A stretch of DNA of 63,637 bases, filler included, from Octopus bimaculoides (lineage: Eukaryota): assembly GCF_001194135.2 (NCBI RefSeq). It is 7 parts of 6 records of this genome, joined end to end, with 100 filler letters (N's around TTAATTAATTAA, not from the genome) between each part and the next. Parts side by side here need not be neighbours in the genome. Positions count along the whole stretch, not along the records: positions 40,624 to 52,329 come from NC_069001.1; positions 52,430 to 61,426 come from NC_068999.1; positions 61,527 to 63,637 come from NW_026353910.1; 4 more parts are not named here. One strand, 5' to 3'. Position 1 is the stretch's first letter; the number at the start of each line of letters is the position of its first letter. A program made the position numbers and the translations under genes. This document shows positions 51,804-63,637 of this stretch, piece by piece. Below the pieces are notes generated by a model, which was not told the origin of the DNA, ran no database searches, and saw only the letters and a program-made list of their open reading frames with translations.

Positions 51804-52854
51804 AGAAGTGGATTGTACCTGCTCCATTCCATTAATTTGGATATATATATTTATGTGTAAGTATGTTTATGTATATATGCATATATACACCTACAGGGGT
51901 AGGGACACATTATATCATACAATAGAAATTTATACAGGCTGATGCCATGTATAAAGCATCCATGCTGGTGCCACTTAAAAAGCACCCAGTACACTCTGTG
52001 TTGTGGATGATGCTAGGAAGAGCATATAACAGTATAAACCATGCTAAAAGAGACAATTGGAGCCTGGTGCAGCTCTCCAGCCTTGCCAGCTCCTCTCAAA
52101 CCTTCTGACCCATGCCAGCATGGAAAACGAACATTAATTGATGATGAATGATGATGATGATGATGAAGGGCTACCAACTAACTGGGGCACATCAAAACCT
52201 AAAATATCATTGTGGGCAGAAATGACAACAGCAACAACAACAGAACGTTTTGCTTAGTATATATCAGGTGTTGTTTTTTTTTTGTGTTGGTGTTTATAGT
52301 TGTCTGTTTTTTATTTTCTTTGTTATCGCNNNNNNNNNNNNNNNNNNNNNNNNNNNNNNNNNNNNNNNNNNNNTTAATTAATTAANNNNNNNNNNNNNNN
52401 NNNNNNNNNNNNNNNNNNNNNNNNNNNNNCATATATATATATATGTGTGTGTGTGTGTGTATATGTATATATATATATGAGAGAAGGAAACTCCACTGTT
52501 TATACAATTTTAATATATTTTAAAATATATACTATATATTTGTTATATATTTTCTTAAAGAATATATTAAAACTATGCAAACCATGCGCAGTTTCCTCCT
52601 TTTATATCAAATATATATTGTTTGCATTGCTACTTATCAAGGAGGGGGATAATCGACATCCTTCCCCACCGTTTTCTGTCTATATATGTAGCCTTTAAAT
52701 CATCGATTTGTGAGATCGATTCAGCCTGAGGTTAGCTCATCATTTTTCGGTCATTTGTTTATATTTAATAACTGCCACTTTAAAATCAATGAATAAATAT
52801 CATCGTCATATATATTATATACAGTTATTATATACATACATACATACATACATA

Positions 52855-52943
<89 letters not shown>

Positions 52944-53024
52944 ATGTGTGTGTGTGTGTGTATGTGTGTGTGTTTGTGTGTGCGCGTGTATGTGTGCGTG
53001 CGAGTGTGTGTGTGTATGTATACC

Positions 53025-53650
53025 GTACCTCCAAGCCCTGACGCATCATTCTCCGAGCCTTCCGCTGATTTCAGTCCGACCTGTGCACCTCGCACAGCCT
53101 CCCCAAGCCACCCTTTCCCTCCTTCAAATGTGGCCATAACCTGCGTAACCTCCTTGTCCAAAGTTTATTTCCTAACCCCTCCTTCCAGCCTGACTCGTTC
53201 CCCTGCTCTCGTCCACGCAATCGCACCTGCTTCTACCTCTCCAACAGCAGTAACCTCACAGACATCCGCCAGAGTCACTCGCCCCTAGTCACACATACAC
53301 TTTCTCGCACACCATTCACACATACACATAAATGCACGCTCGCCTTCTCTTGGGATCACAAGTATTTTATTATTTCCATTTCGTTCAATATCGTTTTTTA
53401 AAATTATTATCTCCTTTTCTTTCAACCTCATTTTGTTTCGAATCACTTGCTATGCTGTACCGCTGAAATGTACTAGACCTTTCCATTCTCATTCATTCTG
53501 TTTATTTTCAATTATTTCTTAATGTTGAGGAGCGTAGGCTCGAAACATAAAAGTGTTTTTTTCATTTTCCCGATCGTCAGATTATTACACTTGTTTGTTG
53601 TTCATACACCTGTCTGAATCTTTTATTTTTCTATAAATTTCAACTATATA
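53025..53650 (+). mobile_element. Penelope-like element remnant (RT-EN linker plus 3' region)
   Basis: RIILRAFR*FQSDLCTSHSLPKPPFPSFKCGHNLRNLLVQSLFPNPSFQPDSFPCSRPRNRTCFYLSN resembles the PLE linker (PxxAFRRxxNLRDxLVxS...FPCxRxRCxTC); degenerate hammerhead-like motif at 53522-53548. Confidence 0.75.
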
Positions 53651-54211
53651 TATATGCTGATTAAATGCAGTTTTTTATGGGTGGATTTGTATATATAAAG
53701 CTGCATTATCCTGTGTATATCTTATGTCTCTTCACTAAACAATATGGAGTATATAACAAAAAAATATATTTTCAACGACCTCCCATATTAGGTAGAAGAC
53801 CAGAATTTTCCTGCAAATCTCAAACCCGCCATTTAAAATTTAAGGATAATGCAAATACACATGCACTCACAAACACCCCCTCCACACACACACACATAAA
53901 CATCCCCACACATACATATATACACATATACATACACACATACATATCTATGTATGTATGTTTGTCTGTGTGTCTGCCTGTATGTATGTATGTATGTATA
54001 TATGTATATCAATCAGTTTCATTTCTGCATTTCTTGTCCATAGAGAAAGAGCCGGACTCTAACATAGATTCAAGTTTCCTTCATTGGAACTTTTATCAAC
54101 ATCATCTAGGTATTTGTGCATATGTGTGTGTGTGTGTGTGCAGTATTTGGTGTTATGTATGTATGTATGTATGTATGTATGTATGTATCTATCTGTCTAT
54201 CTATCTATTTA

Positions 54212-54246
<35 letters not shown>

Positions 54247-57200
54247 GGTTTGCAAAACTCTTTATGTGAATTCGTGTGTTGAAGCTTATTTTGTTGTGTC
54301 TGGGAAGAGCCATTATGTTTTAATGCTTTTTTAATTAACACTTTCATTTTCCACTCATTTACTATTTTTCTTCTGAAATGTTCGTAATTTATTGCAACCT
54401 CATTAATGGTTATTGATTGTGTCTGTTATCGGAGCAGCATTTTTGGTTTGTTTGTTTGTTTGTTTGCTTGTTTGTTTGTTTGTTTGCATGTTCGTGCGTC
54501 AGTGTGTATATGCATACGTATGCATATATATGTGTATTCGTGTGTGTACCTTTGTATCTATTTTGCAAATTCAGGTATTTGTGCGTGCATGTTTGTGCGT
54601 GCATGTTTGCGTGTGTGTATTTGTGTGTGTAGTTCTGTTTCCTTACGTCTGCTTGTCTATGTGAATGGGTTTGTATGACAATGTAGGTGCATCTGCTATG
54701 TATGGATGTATCTCCGTATGCGTCCTTGTGTGTGTGTGGAACGTGCGTGAGTGTATATGGCCATGTGTTAGTGCCGCCGTTTGTGTATATATTTGCGTGT
54801 ATGTGTGCTTGTATTTTCATATCACCAATGTAACTATCTATCTATGTATCTGTCTCTTTATCTACATATCCATTTACCTACCTACCTATATACATATATA
54901 TATATATTCATCTATATATTTATACCTATATCTATGTATGTATCTATCTATCTAACTTTCTCTATATATACATACATATATATATATATTCATCTATATA
55001 TTTATACCTATATCTATGTATGTATCTATCTANNNNNNNNNNNNNNNNNNNNNNNNNNNNNNNNNNNNNNNNNNNNNNNNNNNNNNNNNNNNNNNNNNNN
55101 NNNNNNNNNNNNNNNNNNNNNNNNNNNNNNNNNNNNNNNNNNNNNNNNNNNNNNNNNNNNNNNNNNNNNNNNNNNNNNNNNNNNNNNNNNNNNNNNNNNN
55201 NNNNNNNNNNNNNNNNNNNNNNNNNNNNNNNNNNNNNNNNNNNNNNNNNNNNNNNNNNNNNNNNNNNNNNNNNNNNNNNNNNNNNNNNNNNNNNNNNNNN
55301 NNNNNNNNNNNNNNNNNNNNNNNNNNNNNNNNNNNNNNTATATATATATACATATATGCATAGATAAATAGTTATATGTGTGTTTGATGTATGTGTTTAT
55401 GCATGTATGTATACTACTATATAACAGACTTAGCTTGGTCAATTCTTAGCATAAGTGCTGCTACATAATAAAGGTATATTCTTGATCGTAACCATTTAAA
55501 AATCCCAATAGACAGTTTGACATAAAATCCCACCACACGTTCTACTTTCTACCCTAAGGATCTTCTGTTTGCTCTCTCTGTCATTACTACAATAACTACA
55601 ACTGCATCTGTTCCCGCAGCACCTCCATTTATATAGTTTTGCATCGCTTAGCATCCTCATCCCACGCTTTATGTGGTGACAACTTTCCAGACGTTGTACT
55701 AAGCAATAGAAATGGTCCTTCTTACTTGCTCAGATCTTCCCAATATTGTATTATTTTGTGCATCTTACAACAGTAAGAGCACAACACTCATTGCAATAAT
55801 TTCACCAATCGATCATGGAATCTAGAAACATCTAAAAGAACAAGGAAATGAAACAATAATGTCCCTGACCGGAGCTGATGAGTCGTATACTTTCTCTATG
55901 TCACGTGTGCAATCAGTAGGTAGGACGCCATGTTGTCTAAAGGACTTAATCGACATATTGGATGTCTGTGTATTATCTATGACATGAAGGAATTGTGAAA
56001 CTCCACCGGAAGCGAATTCTATAATAAAATATTGACGTCAGGGGGTTTATTCTTAGCATAGCTATCTCTAACAATTCAGCTGCACTTACGTTCTGCTTTC
56101 TCCGTCCAATTTAGCCATTTATCAATGTATTTAACTGCGTCAAACTCTCCATCTATTTCTCAGTCTCCGTCTATCGAAAGTGTATGTGAATGTGAATATG
56201 TATCCATAAATTTATCAGCTAGGTCATCTGTCGATATCAGATATATTTTCTCTTCTTGACAAATTAGCATACTTCAATGTATTTGTTTCACTTAATCGCA
56301 GCATCATAGAATCTGTCCACCACTAATCAAATGTAATTCTTGAATTTATTGTTTACAGTCTTTGTGCTTATGTTTCTATGCGTTTATTCTGTATGTCTGT
56401 ATCTATTTAGATAACTTTGTGCGATGTACAACCCATATATAGCTGTATGTGTGTGCCTGTGAGCCTTTGTGTGTATGTGTGAGTGAGTGTGTGGTAAGAT
56501 AGAGAGGAAAATAGAAATGGAGACCACGTGTACATTTTCGCATGTATAAGCATTCAGTTTTGTACCGAGCAATCTCAATATGAATAAATTTTTATCTTTC
56601 TGGGTAAATTTATAGGCTACTTATAACTACCGAAATAGCTAGCCACTTGAAGTAAATTTAACCTAACACATCTTCATTTAAGATCTACTGTCTACTATGT
56701 CTAAAGTCGGCTTTTAATTACAATAGGCTTGCTCACGTCTATGTTCATCAACCTTTCTCCTAATTTAAAATTGGTCTTTCAACCGAATACGTTATCCAAT
56801 ACAATTCAACGCATTTTGTAAATAAAAGTAACTATAGATGGTTCATTATATATTGACGTACAAGCTGTTTAAGACTTAACTAACAATGGAACCACCATTT
56901 TTCTTCTATTTTTTTCAACAGTCAAGTAGGCTGTTAGTTCGACAATAATCATCAACCAAAAGAAGTCTAACATATATCGTTGCATTGCATTGTTTAGTTT
57001 TGTTTGAGATCTGAAATACAGCTGCTTTAAATTGAACGATTCATGGATTCAAGTAGTTTTTCGTCTGTGATTTATTTCGACAGTTGCAATTTCGAGAAGT
57101 GTGTGAATAGAACAAAACATCGTGTTCAGAAGCTGTTCAAATTCAGTGTGAAATTTAGATTACTATTCGATAAACAATCTTCACCTCTAGACATCTTTCT

Positions 57201-57627
57201 ACTCAAGAACAAAGTTTGCAACGAATAACACAGTGAACTTATTTCGATTTTATAAATGAATATATAATTTAATACTTTTGAAATGTGCAAGTACTATGCT
57301 AATATTCTTTGCTGTATTCATATCACTTGTTCAAGTATCACCATTTATTCCCGTAGCAAAATTTTAAAAGCAGAGCATTGTGCACAACCAAACATGTTTG
57401 AAAAGATGTTTCTGAGTACTGATATTTGTTGTTTCATTCAGTAGTTCTCATTGTAGGCAAGTGGTCGTGTGTTCGATTCCAGTGCGCTGGTTGTTAGGGT
57501 AGCATTTGCCATTAGGGAATCAAAAATGTTTCCCTAGAAAAGGAAGTTGGTAGAGAAAGCTATAAACAGCATGCGATTTATGTTTAAATACAAACGTACC
57601 CACACATATATATATATATTTATATAT

Positions 57628-57662
<35 letters not shown>

Positions 57663-59024
57663 GAGTGAGAGAGAAAGAGGGGGATAAAAATTTAATGAGA
57701 AAAAGACAGAGAGTGAAAACAGTATTGGGTTAAAGGTGTACTAGTTTGAAGTTACCTAAGAGAATTCACGTAAGTTAAACACCTGCATAACCACGTGTCT
57801 GTGTTTAGGGGCAAAAATATAACAGGAAATAATGCTTTCTAATTACGATACACGGCTAGAAATGTTATGTGTAGAATTATCCGTTAATGCCGACTCCAGT
57901 CCATGACTGGTGCTTTGCTTCGTCGCACCTGGAAATTTGAGAAGCTAATTTGACCAAGACAGGAACTGAACTGATTACATCGGAAAATTAACGCACATCA
58001 GTTTACCCACAATGTAACGTGTCCACTATCCCAGCGACCAAAAATAACAAAATATTGAAAAATCAGTATTCAAGGAGGTCTTACAATATTTTGACTGAAA
58101 GCGTGCTGACTGGGTATATTTTGACAGTCGTTCAGTGTTTCCGTGGTCGATAAAATAAATCACATCATGTATTGAGATTGATTCCTCCAAACATTCCACT
58201 CCAATACTGACGTTTGAACTTATGCCAATATAAGAATTCTTTGGAGATCGAATATTGATATAGCGTCGAACGAACAAGTTTCTTGTGTTGTTTTGTTACG
58301 CGAATTTATTTCAGAGAGTTTAAATGTTGTTGATATATGTTGAAACATATTGAACGAACTAAAAATATTACCGCAGCAAGTAATATGTTTTTGCCAATGT
58401 GATAAATCATAAATTTCTTTGATGACTGTATCAATCTCCTTCAACTGTTTAATGATAAAAATTCTGAATTAAAATGAACAACTCTGATGCCATTATTTGA
58501 ATGAGAATAAAAATGGCATAACTGTATTTAAGGTGTTTAAAAATTGATCGTGTCGTGTTGGAACTAGAATCGAAATAGTCACGTATTTCAAAGTGTTGGT
58601 TAGGGAGGAGTTAGAAGCAATGATGTAAAGTTTAACGGAAACTCCCCAATCATAATTTTAGCATCCATTAGTTGATCTCCGAAAGTTATTTTCTGCGTAA
58701 TATTCGTGTATTTTACACGGAATATATAACTTAATATATTTTCTAGCGAAACACTCGAACAGGATGCAATGCAAGCAGCAAGAGATATTTGGAAGTTATA
58801 TTGTAACAGAACGGAATGTAATAAAGTATGGCCAGATGAAATTAGTACAAGTTTTGAGAGGAACATGTCGTGTATCACGAGTAGATTTAAACATGTCGAC
58901 ATATTAGAGGACATTTATAAAAAAAAATCAACAACATAAAAATGAAGAAACAGCTAACGTTATTATTTACATTATTTACATTATTTACATTCTACGGATA
59001 TTTGTCCTCATCGTATTTGTTGTT

Positions 59025-59070
59025 AACCCAACGTTTCGGCTGATATAACCTCCAGCCTTCTTCAGGTGTT
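59025..59070 (-). ncRNA. Minimal hammerhead motif (stem I mismatch)
   Basis: AACAC-CUGAAGA-A-GGCUG..CAGCC-GAAAC-GUU^GGGUU. Confidence 0.6.
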
Positions 59071-59077
59071 TCCCCAA

Positions 59078-59123
59078 GACACCTGAAGAAGGCTGGAGGG
59101 TATATCAGCAGAAACGTTGTGTT
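59078..59123 (+). ncRNA. Minimal hammerhead motif (G10.1-A11.1 mismatch)
   Basis: GACAC-CUGAAGA-A-GGCUG..CAGCA-GAAAC-GUU^GUGUU. Confidence 0.55.
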
Positions 59124-59569
59124 AACAACAAACAAGAGGAGGACACATATCCGTCGAATGTAAATAACGTAAATAATGTACAAAATTCCTCTTCTCTTAA
59201 ATATAGAACTGCAGTTAACGTTATATATTGATGGAAATCGACGCAAAAAAATTCCGGAAAACAACACAGTACCTATGATCAGATGTGCATGTGAATTGCC
59301 CCACATAAAGAACTATTCCTAGGCTTCAGCCGCCAATATAAAATATTTGTTCTCTCTGAATCAGAGCCGTGATGTCACTATTTGATAAATACCCAGATAA
59401 TTTCAATTGACTGCCCAATTGTATGTAACATGAATAAGTTATATGTGATATTAAAAAGTTGAGGAATAAAAAGAAAATGAATTTAAATATGCCAGTTTTC
59501 ATTCCGTTAATCATATTTCCTTCACTATATTTCTAGTTGTATGTACATCTATATGCATATATCTATGCA

Positions 59570-59679
<110 letters not shown>

Positions 59680-60105
59680 GACGCACACACACACACACAC
59701 ACACACACGTATATGTTGAAGCAGAAACATATAATGAACAAGCAAACTGTTATAAATTCTAGAACGTTTAATGTATTATATAAGCACTAGTACAAAATAG
59801 TTAAAGTTGGTACGCTATCTTCCAGCTGCTCGAACAGATAAGCATTTGAATCATAAGTTATTGAATAAAGAATTCCCTGTAACGTATGTATACTCTCATC
59901 GGGGAGAGAGGAATAAGAATATATATTGATATATAGAATATCCTTAATGGCGGATATTAGTAATTACCAATTCTTTGCTTATACACATATATGGATGTAT
60001 CTACACTCTTACATTCACATACATGCATACCTACATACATAAATGCATACATATGTACGTATGTACGTATATGGATACATACATTCAGGCATGCTTGCAT
60101 ACATA

Positions 60106-60250
60106 CATGATAATGCAGCTAAGATACTGTATGATAAAATCCGTCGGAAGGATAGACCCGAGAGGAAAGAGATAAGAACCTACAGTATGCTAGAATCCAT
60201 AGCGACACATAATAAAAAAAGAGTGCTGGTGGAATGTAGAAATCTGATTC
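60106..60250 (+). pseudogene. R4/Dong-like RLE retrotransposon fragment
   Basis: HDNAAKILYDKIRRKDRPERKEIRTYSMLESIATHNKK(frameshift)ECWWNV resembles the RHDxVAKxxxxE...WWN segment upstream of the RLE PD motif. Confidence 0.55.
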
Positions 60251-61370
60251 GAAGACTACAGTTCCAAGTCAAAACTGGAAATACAAATATCTATAAAATG
60301 TCTGGCAGTTTATCATTTAAGCATATATGACCTTGTCTAGACGTGCAACTATATGCGTGAGAATTCATACAAAACATGAAAAATAGTACATATACATGTA
60401 TGCAAATATACCATGTTGGTGTTGTTGGAATTTCAATGAAGGAGACTTGGATCTAGGTTACATTTTTAAACCTTTGTAACTTTTCCCTCCAATTCTTTTT
60501 CTCCACAGCATCATACCTTCGTAGCATCTAGGCTGGAAAACTTTATTATTATGGTCGATTTTCAGATTCTTTACTGTCTTTTAAAAACTGCATATTTTTC
60601 AAATGTAAAAAATAATAGATCCATTTCTTCCTTTCCCTATCTCCACAGGCTACCCCATTTCTCCTTCTCTCTCTTCAATAGCCTCTCTTTCCCTTTTTTT
60701 CTCTTATGTTTTCACGTTATGCTTCTCCTTCCACTTTGTTACGGTCATTTTCTCACAAACCAACCCTCTGACTATGAAAACCTCATTACCCTTCTCCCAA
60801 AATATTGCCTGCATATTTATGCTCACACTTCGCCATAATACTGCCTGGATTTACGTTGGAGTTAACCCTTAGGACATTCTGACTAACATCTATACCCTCT
60901 GAAAAGTGAACTGTGAACATTATTTCCTTATTTCCTTATGCACTACTCTTCGATTTCACTGTTTATTATCTGCGAATTTTCCATGTCTAGATAATTTATC
61001 TGACAATTTCCATGACTGAATGGTTCATATGTTATCTACTTGTCTCCCATGAATGAATACCACATATTCAGGCAGACTTCGGATATCCCAGGAACAGCTG
61101 TAAGACCTCAGCTAATTTAGGAATAAAATAAAATAAGGTGCATGACTTTGTGGTTGTCCTCCATCACACTTTGTCAACATCTGGGTTCGGTGCGGGTATA
61201 TCTCCATAGTTAAGTGGTTCGGCTAAACTGACTACCACTCTGAGTAGTGGCTTAGAAAATATTAAGGCCGATTTTTCGACTTCAATTTTTCAAAGCATGG
61301 CACGGGCCTGATTACAGTCTAATGATTGAAAAAAGTAAAAGTTAAACGAAATTAAAGTTTATTAATCTAT

Positions 61371-61426
<56 letters not shown>

Positions 61427-63637
61427 NNNNNNNNNNNNNNNNNNNNNNNNNNNNNNNNNNNNNNNNNNNNTTAATTAATTAANNNNNNNNNNNNNNNNNN
61501 NNNNNNNNNNNNNNNNNNNNNNNNNNGCAAATCAATCCCAGGACTTATTCTTTGTAAGCCTAGTACTTATTCTGTCGGTTTCTTTTACTGAACCACTAAG
61601 TTACAGGGACTCAAATACACCAGCATCGGTTGTCAAGTGATGNNNNNNNNNNNNNNNNNNNNNNNNNNNNNNNNNNNNNNNNNNNNNNNNNNNNNNNNNN
61701 NNNNNNNNNNNNNNNNNNNNNNNNNNNNNNNNNNNNNNNNNNNNNNNNNNNNNNNNNNNNNNNNNNNNNNNNNNNNNNNNNNNNNNNNNNNNNNNNNNNN
61801 NNNNNNNNNNNNNNNNNNNNNNNNNNNNNNNNNNNNNNNNNNNNNNNNNNNNNNNNNNNNNNNNNNNNNNNNNNNNNNNNNNNNNNNNNNNNNNNNNNNN
61901 NNNNNNNNNNNNNNNNNNNNNNNNNNNNNNNNNNNNNNNNNNNNNNNNNNNNNNNNNNNNNNNNNNNNNNNNNNNNNNNNNNNNNNNNNNNNNNNNNNNN
62001 NNNNNNNNNNNNNNNNNNNNNNNNNNNNNNNNNNNNNNNNNNNNNNNNNNNNNNNNNNNNNNNNNNNNNNNNNNNNNNNNNNNNNNNNNNNNNNNNNNNN
62101 NNNNNNNNNNNNNNNNNNNNNNNNNNNNNNNNNNNNNNNNNNNNNNNNNNNNNNNNNNNNNNNNNNNNNNNNNNNNNNNNNNNNNNNNNNNNNNNNNNNN
62201 NNNNNNNNNNNNNNNNNNNNNNNNNNNNNNNNNNNNNNNNNNNNNNNNNNNNNNNNNNNNNNNNNNNNNNNNNNNNNNNNNNNNNNNNNNNNNNNNNNNN
62301 NNNNNNNNNNNNNNNNNNNNNNNNNNNNNNNNNNNNNNNNNNNNNNNNNNNNNNNNNNNNNNNNNNNNNNNNNNNNNNNNNNNNNNNNNNNNNNNNNNNN
62401 NNNNNNNNNNNNNNNNNNNNNNNNNNNNNNNNNNNNNNNNNNNNNNNNNNNNNNNNNNNNNNNNNNNNNNNCACACACACACACACACACATGCCTGTGT
62501 GTCTGTATCTGTGTTTTATCATATACAGACACCACTACTTGACAACAGGTGTTGTTTTGTTTACATCCCCGTAAAAGAGACTTGCATAATAAGAACCAAA
62601 CTTAAAAAGAAAACACAAGTACTGGGGGTCAATCTGTTCGACTAAATCCCTTCAAGGGATTTAAAGAAAATAGACATCAACTTACTGTACACACGTTAAA
62701 ACAACCCCCCCCCNNNNNNNNNNNNNNNNNNNNNNAAAAAAAACCCTGCAAATATAATGAAACAAAGTGGAACGAGACGTATTTAAAGCTGAGTATGAAT
62801 GAGTCAGTACTCAGGTTTTACAACTCCACCCTATCAGGTGACTTGCGAAGTCCTCAGTTTGGATTCTATTTTAGAACCAGTGGATTTCAACCAAGTGGCT
62901 ACTTAACAACAGAGGCACACCCATCTGCATGAAAGCACAGTTGATTTCCAAGAAGGGCATGTTATTACATTTTTACCATAAGCATAAATGAAGGTTGGGA
63001 GTGGTTGGGAGTGGCGAGTTCAATAGAGAAAAGGCAAATATGTATTATTAAAATTATGTGCATTATATATAAAATTATATACTGGCATAGTGACCATCCC
63101 AAGGTTAAACTACATTTTTTTTCCTTTCATTCTTTTACTTGTTTCATTCATTTGACTGCGGCCATGCTGGGACACCGCCTTAAAAGGTTTTAATAAAAGA
63201 AATCGGCCATATTCTTTGTAAGCCTAGTACTTATTCTATCAGTCNNNNNNNNNNNNNNNNNNNNNNNNNNNNNNNNNNNNNNNNNNNNNNNNNNNNNNNN
63301 NNNNNNNNNNNNNNNNNNNNNNNNNNNNNNNNNNNNNNNNNNNNNNNTATATATATATAATCTGATAGGATTCTTTCAGTTTCAGTTTGTCAAATCCATT
63401 CACAAGGCTTTGGTTGATCTGAGACAATAGTATAGTAGAATACACTTGCCCAAGGTTACCTGCAGTTGGACTAAAGATAAAATCATGTAGTTGAGAAGTA
63501 GACTACTTAAACCACACATCCATACCCAAGTTCTCTTGTATGGTGCCTGGGACAAGGGTCTTTTACTATAGCCTTGGGCTGACCAAAACCGTGTGAGTGG
63601 GTTTGGTGGACAGAACTGAAAGATGCCAGTCGTATAT

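Larger units (their letters stand above)
58961..59211. mobile_element. Head-to-head inverted duplication of the hammerhead-bearing 3' part of the 21.2-kb family
   Basis: Arms 58961-59069(-) and 59070-59211(+) each carry cctgaagaaggctggagg.tatatcagc.gaaacgttg.gttaac and the atgtaaata tail. Confidence 0.9.

Overview
AT-rich, gap-riddled eukaryotic DNA dominated by microsatellites, SINEs and decayed LINE/DNA transposons. The repeat families look like an octopod cephalopod, probably Octopus (inference, no database check). Almost all ORFs in the supplied track are microsatellite or N-gap artefacts. Only one host gene is supported: two + strand coding exons (20987-21052 and 21692-21802) that splice in phase 0 to MARRDFGSFHASNVQELLELPD/EKYEAPHFPVDQPSFEEYKNNPPEFGKEMRKKHFLLE. 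This resembles the N-terminus of the Egt2 / L-cysteine-desulfhydrase-like class-V PLP C-S lyase family; I could not find its downstream exons, which may lie in gaps or outside the window. Most notable findings: (1) this lyase is a candidate for the C-S lyase step missing from animal ovothiol/5-thiohistidine synthesis; (2) minimal hammerhead-ribozyme motifs occur in three unrelated repeat contexts, including a tRNA-headed SINE-like element that sits as an inverted duplication in the lyase intron and as a double-hammerhead palindrome at 59 kb; (3) two ~105-bp elements have GGC-starting TIRs, 8-bp target duplications and telomere-like cores; (4) several long fold-back hairpins. No rRNA, intact tRNA or CRISPR array was seen. 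Repeat boundaries are approximate, read by eye.
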